Assembly (NCBI GenBank): GCA_045660545.1
Contig: JAZREA010000002.1
Location: 64,008 to 128,007 of the forward strand
From: Clostridia bacterium
GTDB lineage: Bacteria > Bacillota > Clostridia > Monoglobales > Firm-18
DNA length: 64,000 bases
Direction: 5' to 3'
In this document: positions 48,925-59,175 of the stretch, in pieces
How the letters are laid out: each line of letters opens with the position of its first letter
Numbering within the stretch: position 1 is the stretch's first letter
Program-made: the position numbers and the translations under genes
Notes under the pieces: generated by a model
Seen by the model: only the letters and a program-made list of their open reading frames with translations
What the model was told of the DNA's origin: nothing
The model's database searches: none

Positions 48925-49301
48925 AATCAGTAATATCTGCCGCAGGCATTCTCATATTTATAATTATACTGGTAGTCGTTTCGTACACATATACCGAGAC
49001 GACTGTTGAAAAAATGCTGGCTTCCATTGACAAAAATGAAAAATTTGTTGCAAAAAACGACTGGTCATCCGCAGAAAATGAAATGTCAAAGCTAAATCAA
49101 ATCTGGACAAAAAGGCGAACCTTTCTTGCGACAATAACTTACCATTCCGTAATCGAGGATATAGACATCCGACTTTCAAGAATCAATTTAGCGCTTAAAA
49201 TCCGCGAAAATGACGAGTTTTTCTTAGAGCTCGGCGCCGCGCGCCTTAGCATCTATACCCTTTTGGAACAGCAAAAACTAAGTATTTCCAATGTTTTGTG
49301 A
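48921..49301 (+). CDS. DUF4363-like small membrane-anchored protein
   Basis: 126 aa with an N-terminal TM. It overlaps the DUF421 gene by 4 nt, and this pairing is common in Clostridia. Confidence 0.55.
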   Translation: MKSVISAAGILIFIIILVVVSYTYTETTVEKMLASIDKNEKFVAKNDWSSAENEMSKLNQIWTKRRTFLATITYHSVIEDIDIRLSRINLALKIRENDEFFLELGAARLSIYTLLEQQKLSISNVL

Positions 49302-49345
49302 AATGTAAAAAATGTATGAATTTCAAACGAATTGTTACAAAACTA

Positions 49346-49374
49346 TTGCAATTTTGAAAAAAATGTAATATAAT
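49346..49374 (+). promoter_or_regulatory. Sigma-A type promoter of the M23 peptidase gene
   Basis: TTGCAA (49346-49351), 17-nt spacer, TATAAT (49369-49374). Confidence 0.6.
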
Positions 49375-49419
49375 TATACTGTCCTAAAATTTAATCACAT
49401 TGTTTTTTGAGGTGATAAA

Positions 49420-50997
49420 TTGAAGTATAATTTTAAAACAGGACGTTTGAAATTTGAGGCGGTTGATAAAATGATTAGCAGAACACGCTCTCAAAAGCAG
49501 CGTAAGCGTATGAAAATGCCTGCGCTTTTGATTAGACGTCCCGTTGCGAAAGAAAAGACAATAGAATCATTAAACCACAATTTAACTAAGCATATAATTA
49601 AATTCAACAAAAGAAACGACAAGTTTTCAATTACCAGATTACTAAGTAAGAGCGAAATATTTAATATGATTAAAAGGACAACGGTGTACGCGGCTGCGGC
49701 CTGCGTTATGCTGGTTTTAGTTTACGGCTCTGTCGCTTCGTTGAATATAACTTTTGCTAAGCAGGTTATAGCTAACGGAACTCCTGTCGGAATAGTAAAG
49801 GACGTAGACGCCTTCGAGGATAGCGTAGATGCCTTGGAGCAGGAGCTTGCCGAGCTTTCGGGCGGCAATTTTAAAGAGCACGCAGACCTTGTGTACATCA
49901 CAAGGATATGCTTTTTAGCCGACGTAACACCGCATAGCGAAGTTATGCAAAAGGTTATGTCGACTTATGACGATACAACGTATGCTTATGTACTCTATGT
50001 TGACGGCAATTTGCTTTGCGCCGCCAAGGAAGAGTCGGTTATAGCAACAGTTCTTGATAATTATAAGAAGGAATATTCTGTTGATATTGCCGGTGCGACA
50101 GTCGGCTTTGCGCAAAATGTCGAGGTCAGGGAAGAATACGTTCCCACAGCCTATCTTCGTTCTTCGGACGGTGTTCTTTCTGCGATAACAAAGACCCGCG
50201 AGGAAGAGGTCGAGTACGTAGTCAAAGACAACGATACCATCTGGGATATCGCGATGACTTACGGTATGAGCGTTGACGAAATAATGCAGATTAACCCTAA
50301 TGCGTCGGACTTTATAAAGGCGGGCGACGTTTTAAAGCTTAATGAAAGTGAGCCTTTGCTTCAGGTTAAGGTTTCATATACCGAAACAGTAGCACAGACT
50401 ATCCCGTACGAGAATAAAATAATAGAAGACGCCAATATGAACAAGGGCAAGACTGCCGTTGTGGTACAGGGCGTAGACGGTGAAAAAGAGGTTACCCGCG
50501 AGGTCGTTTTGGTTAACGGCAAGAAATACGCGGTTAATGTTTTAAATGAAAACGTTTTAAAAGAGGCAGTCACAGGCGAGATTAAAGTCGGTACCAAGAT
50601 TGTACGCGGCGTCGGCACAGGCTCGTTCTCGAGGCCGGCGTACGGAACGATTACAGCACGTTTTGGCTCGGGAGGCCGCAGATGGTCGTCAGGCCGTCAT
50701 ACAGGTCTTGACATAGCCGCTTCTACCGGAACTCCGATATACGCGTCCGATGCGGGTAGGGTTACCTTCTCCGGCTGGAAGGGCAGCTACGGTAAGATGG
50801 TAATAATCAACCACGGCAACGGCTACGAAACGTACTACGGCCATTGCAGCTCGCTATTGGTTAAAACAGGCGACGTAGTTGACCGCGGCGACTTAATAGC
50901 AAGGGTCGGAAGCACAGGTAACAGTACAGGCGCACACTGTCATTTTGAAATAAGATATAACGGCTCAATTTTAAATCCGGAAAAATATCTGAAATAA
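49420..50997 (+). CDS. Membrane-anchored M23 peptidoglycan metalloendopeptidase with LysM and G5-like domains
   Basis: Basic N-terminal tail plus one TM, a LysM segment (DNDTIWDIAMTYGMSVDEIMQINP), and an intact M23 active site (HTGLD, HCHFE). TTG start follows GAGGTGA. Confidence 0.8.
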   Translation: MKYNFKTGRLKFEAVDKMISRTRSQKQRKRMKMPALLIRRPVAKEKTIESLNHNLTKHIIKFNKRNDKFSITRLLSKSEIFNMIKRTTVYAAAACVMLVLVYGSVASLNITFAKQVIANGTPVGIVKDVDAFEDSVDALEQELAELSGGNFKEHADLVYITRICFLADVTPHSEVMQKVMSTYDDTTYAYVLYVDGNLLCAAKEESVIATVLDNYKKEYSVDIAGATVGFAQNVEVREEYVPTAYLRSSDGVLSAITKTREEEVEYVVKDNDTIWDIAMTYGMSVDEIMQINPNASDFIKAGDVLKLNESEPLLQVKVSYTETVAQTIPYENKIIEDANMNKGKTAVVVQGVDGEKEVTREVVLVNGKKYAVNVLNENVLKEAVTGEIKVGTKIVRGVGTGSFSRPAYGTITARFGSGGRRWSSGRHTGLDIAASTGTPIYASDAGRVTFSGWKGSYGKMVIINHGNGYETYYGHCSSLLVKTGDVVDRGDLIARVGSTGNSTGAHCHFEIRYNGSILNPEKYLK

Positions 50998-51007
50998 GGA
51001 GTATTGT

Positions 51008-51712
51008 ATGGAAAAAACAATATTAGTTGTTGACGATGAAGAGCCAATAGTAGACATACTACGGTTCAATCTTAAAAAAGAAGGCTATAAAGTTTTAGAG
51101 GCGTACGATGGTGAAAGCGCGCTTAGTATCGCGCTTGAACAAAATCCGGACCTTATACTTTTGGATGTAATGCTGCCGAAGATGGATGGTTTTACAGTTT
51201 GCAGAAAGCTTAGGGAGAGGATTTCCACTCCTATCCTGATGATTACAGCTCGTGAGGAAGAGGTCGACAAGGTTTTAGGCCTTGCCCTTGGTGCAGACGA
51301 CTACATAACCAAGCCGTTTTCAATTAGAGAGCTTATGGCTCGTGTGCAGGCGAACCTTCGCAGAGGCGGACAGGATTTTTCGTACCTCAGCGTAAGCGCC
51401 GACACCACCAGCTTAAAGCACGGCGCACTTACAATCAATATCGACAAGTACGAGGTTAAAAAGTCCGACAAAATCATAGACCTTACCCTTAGAGAGTTCG
51501 AGCTTTTGAAGTTTTTGGCGCTCCAGCCCGAGAAGATATATTCCAGAGAAGCGCTGCTTGAAAAGGTGTGGGGGTATGAATATTACGGGGACGTAAGAAC
51601 TGTCGACGTAACAGTTCGAAGGCTGAGAGAAAAGATAGAGGACGACCCTTCATTACCTAAGTTTATTGTTACAAGAAGAGGCGTTGGATATTATTTTGCA
51701 AAGCAGGACTAG
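51008..51712 (+). CDS. OmpR-family response regulator, WalR/YycF-like
   Basis: The receiver domain has DDEE, the phospho-acceptor context LILLDVMLP and KPF. The winged-helix C-terminus resembles WalR closely throughout. Confidence 0.85.
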   Translation: MEKTILVVDDEEPIVDILRFNLKKEGYKVLEAYDGESALSIALEQNPDLILLDVMLPKMDGFTVCRKLRERISTPILMITAREEEVDKVLGLALGADDYITKPFSIRELMARVQANLRRGGQDFSYLSVSADTTSLKHGALTINIDKYEVKKSDKIIDLTLREFELLKFLALQPEKIYSREALLEKVWGYEYYGDVRTVDVTVRRLREKIEDDPSLPKFIVTRRGVGYYFAKQD

Positions 51713-51718
51713 TTTTTA

Positions 51719-51747
51719 TTGACAAAAAGTTACATCTTGTATATAAT
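51719..51747 (+). promoter_or_regulatory. Consensus sigma-A promoter of the 67-aa gene
   Basis: TTGACA (51719-51724), 17-nt spacer, TATAAT (51742-51747). Confidence 0.7.
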
Positions 51748-51779
51748 ATAGTTAGTTAATTTACAGAGGGGGATTTGTA

Positions 51780-51983
51780 ATGAGAGAAAAGATAGGTGCT
51801 CTTATACAGTATGTTTCAATAGTAGTTGCTTTTGCGCTTGTTTTCTATGGCGTAGCACACGCATATCAACTGTATTTCGGTTCAGGCGCTATTGCAAAGG
51901 CGGTTGCAGACCTTGTAATTGCTCTTATAGGCTTCGGAATAGGTTTAGTTGGTTTGTTTGTTGGCAACTTGTTGAAAAAATAA
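51780..51983 (+). CDS. Small two-TM membrane protein, unknown function
   Basis: 67 aa with RBS GAGGGGGA. It has its own consensus promoter and a strong terminator. Confidence 0.55.
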   Translation: MREKIGALIQYVSIVVAFALVFYGVAHAYQLYFGSGAIAKAVADLVIALIGFGIGLVGLFVGNLLKK

Positions 51984-51993
51984 ATAAATACAT

Positions 51994-52023
51994 ACGGCAG
52001 GCCGCTTGGCCTGCCGTTTTTTT
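51994..52023 (+). terminator. Rho-independent terminator
   Basis: ACGGCAGGCC-GCTT-GGCCTGCCGT followed by TTTTTT. Confidence 0.9.
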
Positions 52024-52495
52024 AGTTAATAAGGTATATAGCGAGGGTAAGATATCCTGCAAAGGTTACCCAAAGCAGGTACGGTATTTGTAAATACGCG
52101 CCCCACGGGCAAAACTTTTTGAATTCTATAATCATTTTTAATATTATAACCCAAAGCAGCAAAAGCCATAAAAAAGCGAATAAAAATGCTTGCAGGTTGA
52201 AGAAAATTATACTCCAGAAGAAGTTTACTACAAGGTTAACCCCGTAAATAGTCAAAGCCTTTTTTGCGCCATCGGGGTCTTTTCCTCTGTTGACAAATAC
52301 ACACCCGCTGCCGATTCCCATCAGCACAAAGAGTATCCCCCACACAATTGGAAAAACCGTACCGGGCGGAGCGAGCGGCGGTTGCTTTATCTTGGAGTAT
52401 ATGTCCATACTTCCCATGGTAAGTAGGGACGAAAGCCCACCCACAGCAAGCGCTATCACGACAGACACCACGTATGGTTTAATTTTTTTCCACAT
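52022..52495 (-). CDS. tspO: TspO/MBR tryptophan-rich sensory protein
   Basis: 157 aa, five-TM, Trp-rich (WGILF, FFWSIIFF). GGAGG lies 8 nt upstream. Confidence 0.85.
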   Translation of the reverse strand: MWKKIKPYVVSVVIALAVGGLSSLLTMGSMDIYSKIKQPPLAPPGTVFPIVWGILFVLMGIGSGCVFVNRGKDPDGAKKALTIYGVNLVVNFFWSIIFFNLQAFLFAFLWLLLLWVIILKMIIEFKKFCPWGAYLQIPYLLWVTFAGYLTLAIYLIN

Positions 52496-52592
52496 ACAAA
52501 TTACCTCCTTTTTCTATCAATAGTTTATGATTAAGTATTAAAATAATGCGGAAATCTTATATAAAATTGGGAGGACAAAATTTGTTATAATC

Positions 52593-52620
52593 TTGACAAT
52601 ATTTCAATTTGTGTTAAAAT
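52593..52620 (+). promoter_or_regulatory. Sigma-A type promoter of the Dabb-pfp unit
   Basis: TTGACA (52593-52598), 16-nt spacer, TGtTAAAAT (52615-52620). Confidence 0.55.
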
Positions 52621-52655
52621 ATACTTAGCGTTTTAACAACAAAGGAGGCTTTTTT

Positions 52656-52946
52656 ATGATAAAACATATAGTATGCTTTAAGCTCAAAGACCATAGCGAA
52701 GCTTCAAAGCAAAAGGCAAAGGAAGTTCTTTTGTCCATGCAGGGCAACGTAGACACAATGCGCGGCATAGAGGTAGGCACAGACTTTTTGTGCTCGGAGC
52801 GTTCTTACGACGTTATTTTGCAGGTGCTTTTAGATAGCAAGGAAGCTCTTGATGTGTATCAGGACGATAAGTACCACTGCGACGTAGTCAAGGCATATAT
52901 GCATGCCAACGCCGAAGCAAGCATAGCAATAGATTATGAAATTTAG
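52656..52946 (+). CDS. Dabb (stress-responsive A/B barrel) protein
   Basis: 96 aa with the MIKHIVCFKLK N-terminus typical of the Dabb family. Confidence 0.8.
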   Translation: MIKHIVCFKLKDHSEASKQKAKEVLLSMQGNVDTMRGIEVGTDFLCSERSYDVILQVLLDSKEALDVYQDDKYHCDVVKAYMHANAEASIAIDYEI

Positions 52947-52991
52947 TTTTTTAAGTTATTAACCAATATATTGTTAAAAGGAGGCAACTAA

Positions 52992-54242
52992 ATGTCAACA
53001 TTAAAGGGCGCGTGCATAATCGGTCAGTCGGGCGGTCCCACATCGGTTATCAACGCTAGCGCATACGGTGCAATCAAGGCGGCTTTGGACAGTGAGGAAA
53101 TCACAAACGTCTATGGCGCGTTAAACGGAATTACAGGAGTTTTAGACGACAACCTTATAGATATGTCAAAGGAAGACCCTGAGGAGCTTGCTCTTATGAA
53201 GTACACTCCGTCGTCAGCTTTGGGTTCGTGCCGCTATAAGCTTAAAGATGCAGAGGTGGACGAAACAGATTACAAGAGAATTCTTGAAATATTCAAAAAG
53301 TACGACGTTCGTTATTTCTTCTATAACGGCGGAAACGACTCTATGGATACCTGTAACAAGATTTCCAAGTATATGCTCAAAAACGGATACGAATGTCGCG
53401 TAATGGGTATCCCGAAGACAATAGATAACGACCTTGCGGGTACAGACCACTGCCCCGGCTTCGCTTCTGCTGCGAAGTATATTGCCACATCAATTATGGA
53501 AGTGTACCACGACGCACGTGTTTACGATACAGGTATGATTACCGTAATAGAGATAATGGGCAGAAATGCGGGCTGGCTTACAGCGTCTGCCGCTCTTGCT
53601 AACTTTGCAGGCAACGGCCCAGACCTTATATACCTTCCGGAAGTTACTTTCGACCTGGATGCTTTTGTAGCAAGGGTTAAGGAAATATATGACGAAAAGA
53701 AGAAGTGTATCATAGCAGTTTCAGAGGGTATTAAGGACAAGGACGGAAAGTACATTTCCGAATATGGCGCAGACCTTGCACAGACAAAGGACAGCTTTGG
53801 CCACGCTCAGCTTGGCGGCCTTGCTTCGTTCCTTGCTAATACATTAAAGACAGCTACCGGCGCTAAGGTAAGAGGAATCGAGCTTTCGCTCCTGCAAAGA
53901 TGTGCACAGCATTGTGCATCACAGACCGATATAGACGAATCTTTCTCAGCAGGCCAGGCCGCTGTTACAAATGCAATCGCAGGTATTACTGATAAAATGG
54001 TAGGCTTTGAAAGAGAAATCGTAGACGGTAAGTATAACTGCAAGATTAAGCTGTTCGAACTTACTGACGTTGCCAATACGGAAAAGAAGGTTCCGCTCGA
54101 ATGGTTAAATGAGACAAAGGACGGCCTTAACGATAAGTTTATTGAATACGCTTTGCCGCTTATCCAGGGCGAAACAAGGATGAGAAGAGAAAACGGTCTT
54201 CCACGCTTCGTAAAGCTTAAAAAGGTTAAGGTAAATAAATAA
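52992..54242 (+). CDS. pfp: Phosphofructokinase, PPi-dependent-like long form
   Basis: 416 aa with GQSGGPTSVINAS, GGNDS, PKTIDND and MGRNAGW motifs. Confidence 0.75.
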   Translation: MSTLKGACIIGQSGGPTSVINASAYGAIKAALDSEEITNVYGALNGITGVLDDNLIDMSKEDPEELALMKYTPSSALGSCRYKLKDAEVDETDYKRILEIFKKYDVRYFFYNGGNDSMDTCNKISKYMLKNGYECRVMGIPKTIDNDLAGTDHCPGFASAAKYIATSIMEVYHDARVYDTGMITVIEIMGRNAGWLTASAALANFAGNGPDLIYLPEVTFDLDAFVARVKEIYDEKKKCIIAVSEGIKDKDGKYISEYGADLAQTKDSFGHAQLGGLASFLANTLKTATGAKVRGIELSLLQRCAQHCASQTDIDESFSAGQAAVTNAIAGITDKMVGFEREIVDGKYNCKIKLFELTDVANTEKKVPLEWLNETKDGLNDKFIEYALPLIQGETRMRRENGLPRFVKLKKVKVNK

Positions 54243-54256
54243 TATTGTAAAAATAA

Positions 54257-54289
54257 AAAGGGTAGAAACGAATTTCGTTTCTACCCTTT
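54257..54289. terminator. Bidirectional terminator (pfp / guaB)
   Basis: AAAGGGTAGAAACG-AATTT-CGTTTCTACCCTTT. Confidence 0.85.
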
Positions 54290-54301
54290 GTTTGTTTTGG
54301 C

Positions 54302-55810
54302 TTACTTTATTAGATTAGAAGTAGTATCCTTCTGGATTACGTCGTGCGCGCCGCCTTCGATAATACTTGTTGAAGAAACAAGAGTAAGCTTGGCTTTCTT
54401 CTGAAGCTCCGGAATTGTAAGCGCACCGCAGTTACACATCGTAGACTTAACCTTGCTGAGCGAAAGGCCAACGTTGTCTTTAAGCGTACCTGCGTACGGA
54501 ACGTAAGAGTCAACACCCTCTTCAAAGGAAAGACGCTTTGCGCCGCCGAGGTCGTAACGCTGCCAGTTTCTCGCACGGTTGGAGCCCTCGCCCCAGTATT
54601 CCTTGTAGTATATACCGTTTATAGATATCTTGTTTGTCGGGCTCTCGTCGAATCTTGCGAAGTATCTGCCCAACATCAAAAAGTCAGCACCCATAGCAAG
54701 AGCCAATGTCATGTGGTGGTCGTGTACAATTCCGCCGTCGGAGCATATCGGAACGTATATACCTGTCTCTTCAAAGTATTCGTCTCTCGCCTTGCAAACA
54801 TCAATAAGCGCAGAAGCCTGACCTCTTCCGATACCCTTTGTTTCTCTTGTTATACATATCGAGCCACCGCCGATGCCGACCTTTACAAAGTCTGCACCTG
54901 CTTTTGCGAGGAATAAAAATCCTTCCTTGTCAACAACGTTGCCTGCGCCAACCTTGACAGAGTCGCCGTATTTAGCGCGGATAAAGTCAATAGTTCTTGA
55001 CTGCCATTCGGAGAATCCTTCCGAAGAGTCTATGCATAGTACGTCTGCGCCCGCTTCAACCAATGCGGGAACACGCTGTTCGTAGTCGCGAGTGTTGATG
55101 CCTGCGCCGACAATGTATCTTTTGTCTTTGTCCAAAAGCTCGTTGGGGTTGTCCTTGTGAGCGTCGTAGTCTTTTCTGAAAACGAAGTATTTAAGTCTGC
55201 CCTCTTTGTCGATGATTGGCAGGGAGTTTAGCTTGTGGTCCCAAATAATGTCGTTAGCCATTTTAAGGCTTGTGTCTTCTTCGCCGACTATAAGCTTGTC
55301 AAACGGAGTCATAAAAGTTTCAACCTTTTCGGTGCCGTCCATTCTGCTTACACGGTAGTCTCTGCTTGTAACAATACCTAAAAGCTTGCCGTTTGCAGTA
55401 CCGTCGTCAGTAACGGCAATCGTTGAGTGTCCGTTCTTCTCTTTAAGTTCCAAAACGTCTGTTAAAGTAGCGTCTTTTGTGATGTTGGATTCGCTTACAA
55501 CAAAACCGGCCTTAAAGTTCTTTGCACGGTTAACCATAGCCGCCTCTTCCTCAATCGACTGAGAGCCGAATATGAACGAAACACCGCCCTCCTTTGCCAG
55601 AGCAACAGCGAGCTTTTCGCCTGATACCGACTGCATAATAGCAGAGGTAAGAGGTATGTTCATTGTAATCGCAGGTTCTTCGCCTTTTTTGAATTTTACG
55701 AGCGGAGTTTTAAGTGATACGTTTGTAGGAACACACTCCGCAGACGAATAGCCCGGAACAAGCAGATATTCATTAAATGTGTGAGAAACTTCTTCGAAAA
55801 AATATGCCAT
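54302..55810 (-). CDS. guaB: IMP dehydrogenase
   Basis: TIM barrel with a CBS pair and catalytic loop [12 protein letters not shown]. The ATG at 55810 sits 6 nt after GGAG. Confidence 0.9.
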   Translation of the reverse strand: MAYFFEEVSHTFNEYLLVPGYSSAECVPTNVSLKTPLVKFKKGEEPAITMNIPLTSAIMQSVSGEKLAVALAKEGGVSFIFGSQSIEEEAAMVNRAKNFKAGFVVSESNITKDATLTDVLELKEKNGHSTIAVTDDGTANGKLLGIVTSRDYRVSRMDGTEKVETFMTPFDKLIVGEEDTSLKMANDIIWDHKLNSLPIIDKEGRLKYFVFRKDYDAHKDNPNELLDKDKRYIVGAGINTRDYEQRVPALVEAGADVLCIDSSEGFSEWQSRTIDFIRAKYGDSVKVGAGNVVDKEGFLFLAKAGADFVKVGIGGGSICITRETKGIGRGQASALIDVCKARDEYFEETGIYVPICSDGGIVHDHHMTLALAMGADFLMLGRYFARFDESPTNKISINGIYYKEYWGEGSNRARNWQRYDLGGAKRLSFEEGVDSYVPYAGTLKDNVGLSLSKVKSTMCNCGALTIPELQKKAKLTLVSSTSIIEGGAHDVIQKDTTSNLIK

Positions 55811-55862
55811 AACAATCTCCATTCCGCCGTAGTAGCACGGCTGATTTATATTTTAAAACAAA

Positions 55863-57539
55863 TTAAAACAGTCCTGTAATTTTGCCGTCAGAGTCGACGT
55901 CGATTTTTTCTGCCGCAGGCACTTTGGGAAGTCCCGGCATAGTTAGTATATCACCTGTCAAAACGACAATAAATCCTGCGCCGGCAGAAATTTTAACGTT
56001 CTTAACAGTAACCACAAAGCCTTCCGGAGCGCCGAGCTTAGTCGGGTCGTCCGAGAAGCTGTATTGTGTTTTAGCTATACAAACAGGCAATTTGCCAAAT
56101 CCAAGCTGCTGTAACTTTTCAATCTGCTTTTTAGCTGAGGGAACAATGTTTATTCCGTCTCCTCCGTACACTTTTCGAACAACCGCCTCTATCTTTTCTT
56201 CGATAGAGCAGTCAAGCCCGTAGGAAAAAGTAAAGTCGCCCTTTTCCTCTTCGCAAAGGCGTACAACTTCTTTTGCAAGCTCTACTCCGCCTCGGCCACC
56301 GTCTGCCCAGACTGTTGATAAAACAGTGTTAACACCAAGCTCGCGGCACTTGTCTATTATAAAGTCGATTTCTTTGTCAGTATCTGTCGGGAACCTGTTT
56401 ACCGCCACAACGCAAGGTAGCTTGTACACGTTTTTGATGTTTGAAACGTGCCTTAAAAGGTTCGGGATACCTTTTTGCAGAGCGTCCGTGTCCTCTTTTC
56501 CAAGCTCTGTTTTAGCGAGCCCGCCGTGCATTTTAAGGGCACGAACAGTCGCTACAACAACAACCGCGTCAGGAACAAGATTAGCCATACGGCACTTTAT
56601 GTCAAGGAATTTTTCAGCCCCAAGGTCTGCGCCAAATCCTGCCTCCGTAACAGTGTAGTCGCCCATTTTAAGAGCCATTCTCGTCGCCATAACAGAATTG
56701 CATCCGTGCGCAATGTTTGCAAAAGGTCCGCCGTGTACAAACGCGGGCGTTCCCTCTAACGTCTGCACAAGGTTGGGCTTTATAGCGTCCTTTAAAATAG
56801 CCGTCATAGCTCCTGCGGCTTTCAGCTCGCCACAGGTAACAGGCCTGTCGTCGTATGTGTACCCAACAATTATGTTGGAAAGTCTTTGTTTTAGGTCTGA
56901 AATAGAGCTTGAAAGGCATAGAACTGCCATAATCTCGCTCGCAACGGTTATGTCGAACCCGTCTTCACGAGGTGTTCCGTTGGCGCTTCCGCCCATACCG
57001 TCTACTATAAATCTAAGCTGTCGGTCGTTCATGTCCACACAGCGCTTCCAGGTAATCTTTCGTACGTCGATGCCAAGCGAGTTCCCTTGCTGAATGTGGT
57101 TGTCCAGCATAGCAGCCAGAAGGTTGTTGGCCGCACCAATAGCGTGGAAGTCTGCGGTAAAGTGCAGGTTTATGTCCTCCATAGGAACAACCTGAGCGTA
57201 CCCTCCGCCTGCGGCACCGCCCTTTACTCCGAAAACAGGACCCATAGAAGGCTCTCTCAGGGCTACCGTAACGTCCTTGCCGATAAGTTTAAGGGCGTCA
57301 GCAAGACCGATAGTGGTAGTTGTTTTGCCTTCTCCGGCAGGAGTAGGGGTTATCGCCGTAACCAGTATTAGCTTGCCGTCCGTTTTGCCGGATTCGCTAA
57401 TCAGGGCAGGGTCTACCTTTGCCTTGTATTTTCCGTAGGGTTCGATGTACTTTTCGTCTACATGAGCAGTTTTTGCTATTTCCTGAATGTTTTTCAGTTT
57501 GCAGTTTTGGGCAATCTCGATGTCAGAAAGATATGCCAT
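55863..57539 (-). CDS. fhs: Formate-tetrahydrofolate ligase
   Basis: P-loop context [15 protein letters not shown] over the full length. The ATG at 57539 follows GGTGGTGG. Confidence 0.95.
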   Translation of the reverse strand: MAYLSDIEIAQNCKLKNIQEIAKTAHVDEKYIEPYGKYKAKVDPALISESGKTDGKLILVTAITPTPAGEGKTTTTIGLADALKLIGKDVTVALREPSMGPVFGVKGGAAGGGYAQVVPMEDINLHFTADFHAIGAANNLLAAMLDNHIQQGNSLGIDVRKITWKRCVDMNDRQLRFIVDGMGGSANGTPREDGFDITVASEIMAVLCLSSSISDLKQRLSNIIVGYTYDDRPVTCGELKAAGAMTAILKDAIKPNLVQTLEGTPAFVHGGPFANIAHGCNSVMATRMALKMGDYTVTEAGFGADLGAEKFLDIKCRMANLVPDAVVVVATVRALKMHGGLAKTELGKEDTDALQKGIPNLLRHVSNIKNVYKLPCVVAVNRFPTDTDKEIDFIIDKCRELGVNTVLSTVWADGGRGGVELAKEVVRLCEEEKGDFTFSYGLDCSIEEKIEAVVRKVYGGDGINIVPSAKKQIEKLQQLGFGKLPVCIAKTQYSFSDDPTKLGAPEGFVVTVKNVKISAGAGFIVVLTGDILTMPGLPKVPAAEKIDVDSDGKITGLF

Positions 57540-57622
57540 AGTTCCACCACCTTGTAATAAAATTGTACACACTTTTTATTCGTATAAAATAGTGTGTAAA
57601 ATGTGGTATAAATATTGTAAAC

Positions 57623-57651
57623 AGTATAACATATTATGCAAATTATGTCAA
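57623..57651 (-). promoter_or_regulatory. Sigma-A type promoter of fhs(-guaB)
   Basis: In the minus sense: TTGACA, 17-nt spacer, TATACT. Confidence 0.65.
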
Positions 57652-57693
57652 TAAAAAACGATAAAGGAACGTGCAGCAAAATACACGTATTAC

Positions 57694-57735
57694 GCAAAAA
57701 GCCGTATCGATATAAAAACATATCAATACGGCTTT
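57694..57735 (-). terminator. Rho-independent terminator of ruvB
   Basis: Stem AAAGCCGTATTGATA/TATCGATACGGCTTT with one G-U pair, followed by a U-run in the minus sense. Confidence 0.8.
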
Positions 57736-57742
57736 ATCCAAA

Positions 57743-58756
57743 CTATTTTTCAGGCATTTTTATTCCAAAGTAATCATAAGCAGGCTTAGCGGCCATTCTG
57801 CCTCTGGGAGTACGGCTTATAAAGCCCATCTGCATAAGATACGGCTCATAAACGTCCTCGATAGTTCCCGCGTCCTCGCCAATCGTAGCGGCGAGAGTGT
57901 CAAGCCCCACAGGCCCTCCGCCAAACGAGTTTATAATAGAAAGCATCATGTTTTTGTCTATTTTGTCAAGTCCGATTTTGTCAATCTCGAACATACAAAG
58001 CGCGGCGTCAGCCACTTCCTTTGTAATAACGCCGTCGGCTTTAACCTGAGCGTAGTCTCTCACACGCTTTAAAAGCCTGTTTGCAATACGCGGCGTACCT
58101 CTGGAACGTGAGGCAATCTCCTCGGTGCCTTCCTTGTCGATTTTCACGTTCAAAATCCCTGCCGAGCGCGCAACTATGTCGGAAAGCTCCTCTTTTGTGT
58201 AAAGCTCCAGCCTTTCAATCACGCCGAATCGGTCACGTAGCGGTGCGGACAAAAGCCCGGCTTTTGTAGTAGCACCGATTAGTGTAAAGTGCGGCAGGTC
58301 AATCCTTATAGACCTTGCCGAAGGCCCCTGACCGACAATTATGTCAAGAGCGTAGTCCTCCATAGCGGGGTAGAGCACTTCCTCGATAGAACGGCTCATT
58401 CTGTGAATCTCGTCTATAAACAGTATGTCGTGCTCCGACAGGTTGGTCAAAAGCGCGGCCAAATCCCCCTGCTTTTCAATGGCAGGACCGCTGGTTACAC
58501 GTATGTTTACACCCATTTCCGAGGCAATAACCCCTGCAAGAGTAGTCTTTCCAAGCCCCGGAGGTCCGTACAAAAGAACATGGTCGAGCGCCTCACGGCG
58601 TTCTTTCGCCGCCTGAACAAAGACGCTTAGGTTGTCCTTTACCTTTTGCTGACCGACATATTCTGTCATTGTTTTTGGCCTTAGCGAAAACTCGTAGTCA
58701 GTTTCACCCTCGATATTTTTGGTGCTTACAATTCTTTCGTCTTGATAATCGTTCAT
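57743..58756 (-). CDS. ruvB: Holliday junction branch migration ATPase RuvB
   Basis: Walker [10 protein letters not shown], Walker B ILFIDEIH, sensor [16 protein letters not shown]. Confidence 0.95.
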   Translation of the reverse strand: MNDYQDERIVSTKNIEGETDYEFSLRPKTMTEYVGQQKVKDNLSVFVQAAKERREALDHVLLYGPPGLGKTTLAGVIASEMGVNIRVTSGPAIEKQGDLAALLTNLSEHDILFIDEIHRMSRSIEEVLYPAMEDYALDIIVGQGPSARSIRIDLPHFTLIGATTKAGLLSAPLRDRFGVIERLELYTKEELSDIVARSAGILNVKIDKEGTEEIASRSRGTPRIANRLLKRVRDYAQVKADGVITKEVADAALCMFEIDKIGLDKIDKNMMLSIINSFGGGPVGLDTLAATIGEDAGTIEDVYEPYLMQMGFISRTPRGRMAAKPAYDYFGIKMPEK

Positions 58757-59172
58757 ATAGCTGTTTCCGTTTCTGCGTTAGTCTTTGTTTCTTCTTCTTC
58801 GTCTTCTTCGATTTCGATACCCTTGCCGACTATTTCGCACTTTCCGATAAGGCTTGAGCCCTCTTCAACAATTAAGCTGCCGCATTTTTGGTCTCCGCTG
58901 ATGTTGCCGGTTCTTTTGATAGTAAGCTGTCCTGCCGCCTCGACGTTTCCAACCACCTTGCCGGCGATAATGATATTTTTAGCGGTTATGTTGCCGGTTA
59001 CGAGTGATGTGTCGCCTAACACAAGGTCGCCCTTTATTTCTATGTCCGACTCAACTATTCCGTCGATTTTAAAGTTACCTTTTCCGGACACCTTGCCTTC
59101 TATTACGGTATTTTTGCCTATAAGGGTGCTGATTTTTATAACATCAGACTGCTTCATTTTTGGAAAAAACAT
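58753..59172 (-). CDS. Bactofilin (polymer-forming cytoskeletal protein)
   Basis: 139 aa of beta-helix repeats ([33 protein letters not shown]) with an acidic tail. Its ATGA overlaps the ruvB start. Confidence 0.8.
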   Translation of the reverse strand: MFFPKMKQSDVIKISTLIGKNTVIEGKVSGKGNFKIDGIVESDIEIKGDLVLGDTSLVTGNITAKNIIIAGKVVGNVEAAGQLTIKRTGNISGDQKCGSLIVEEGSSLIGKCEIVGKGIEIEEDEEEETKTNAETETAI

Positions 59173-59175
59173 TTT

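Noticed and set aside
57540-57622. Known riboswitches in leaders: ZTP before fhs, purine before guaA (39203-39273), M-box before the mgtC-family gene (41923-42021), guanidine/ykkC before the MATE pump (37994-38058).
   Set aside because: The leaders are short and AT-rich, and they lack the conserved core sequences of these classes as far as I can recall them. Only an Infernal/Rfam scan could exclude them formally.
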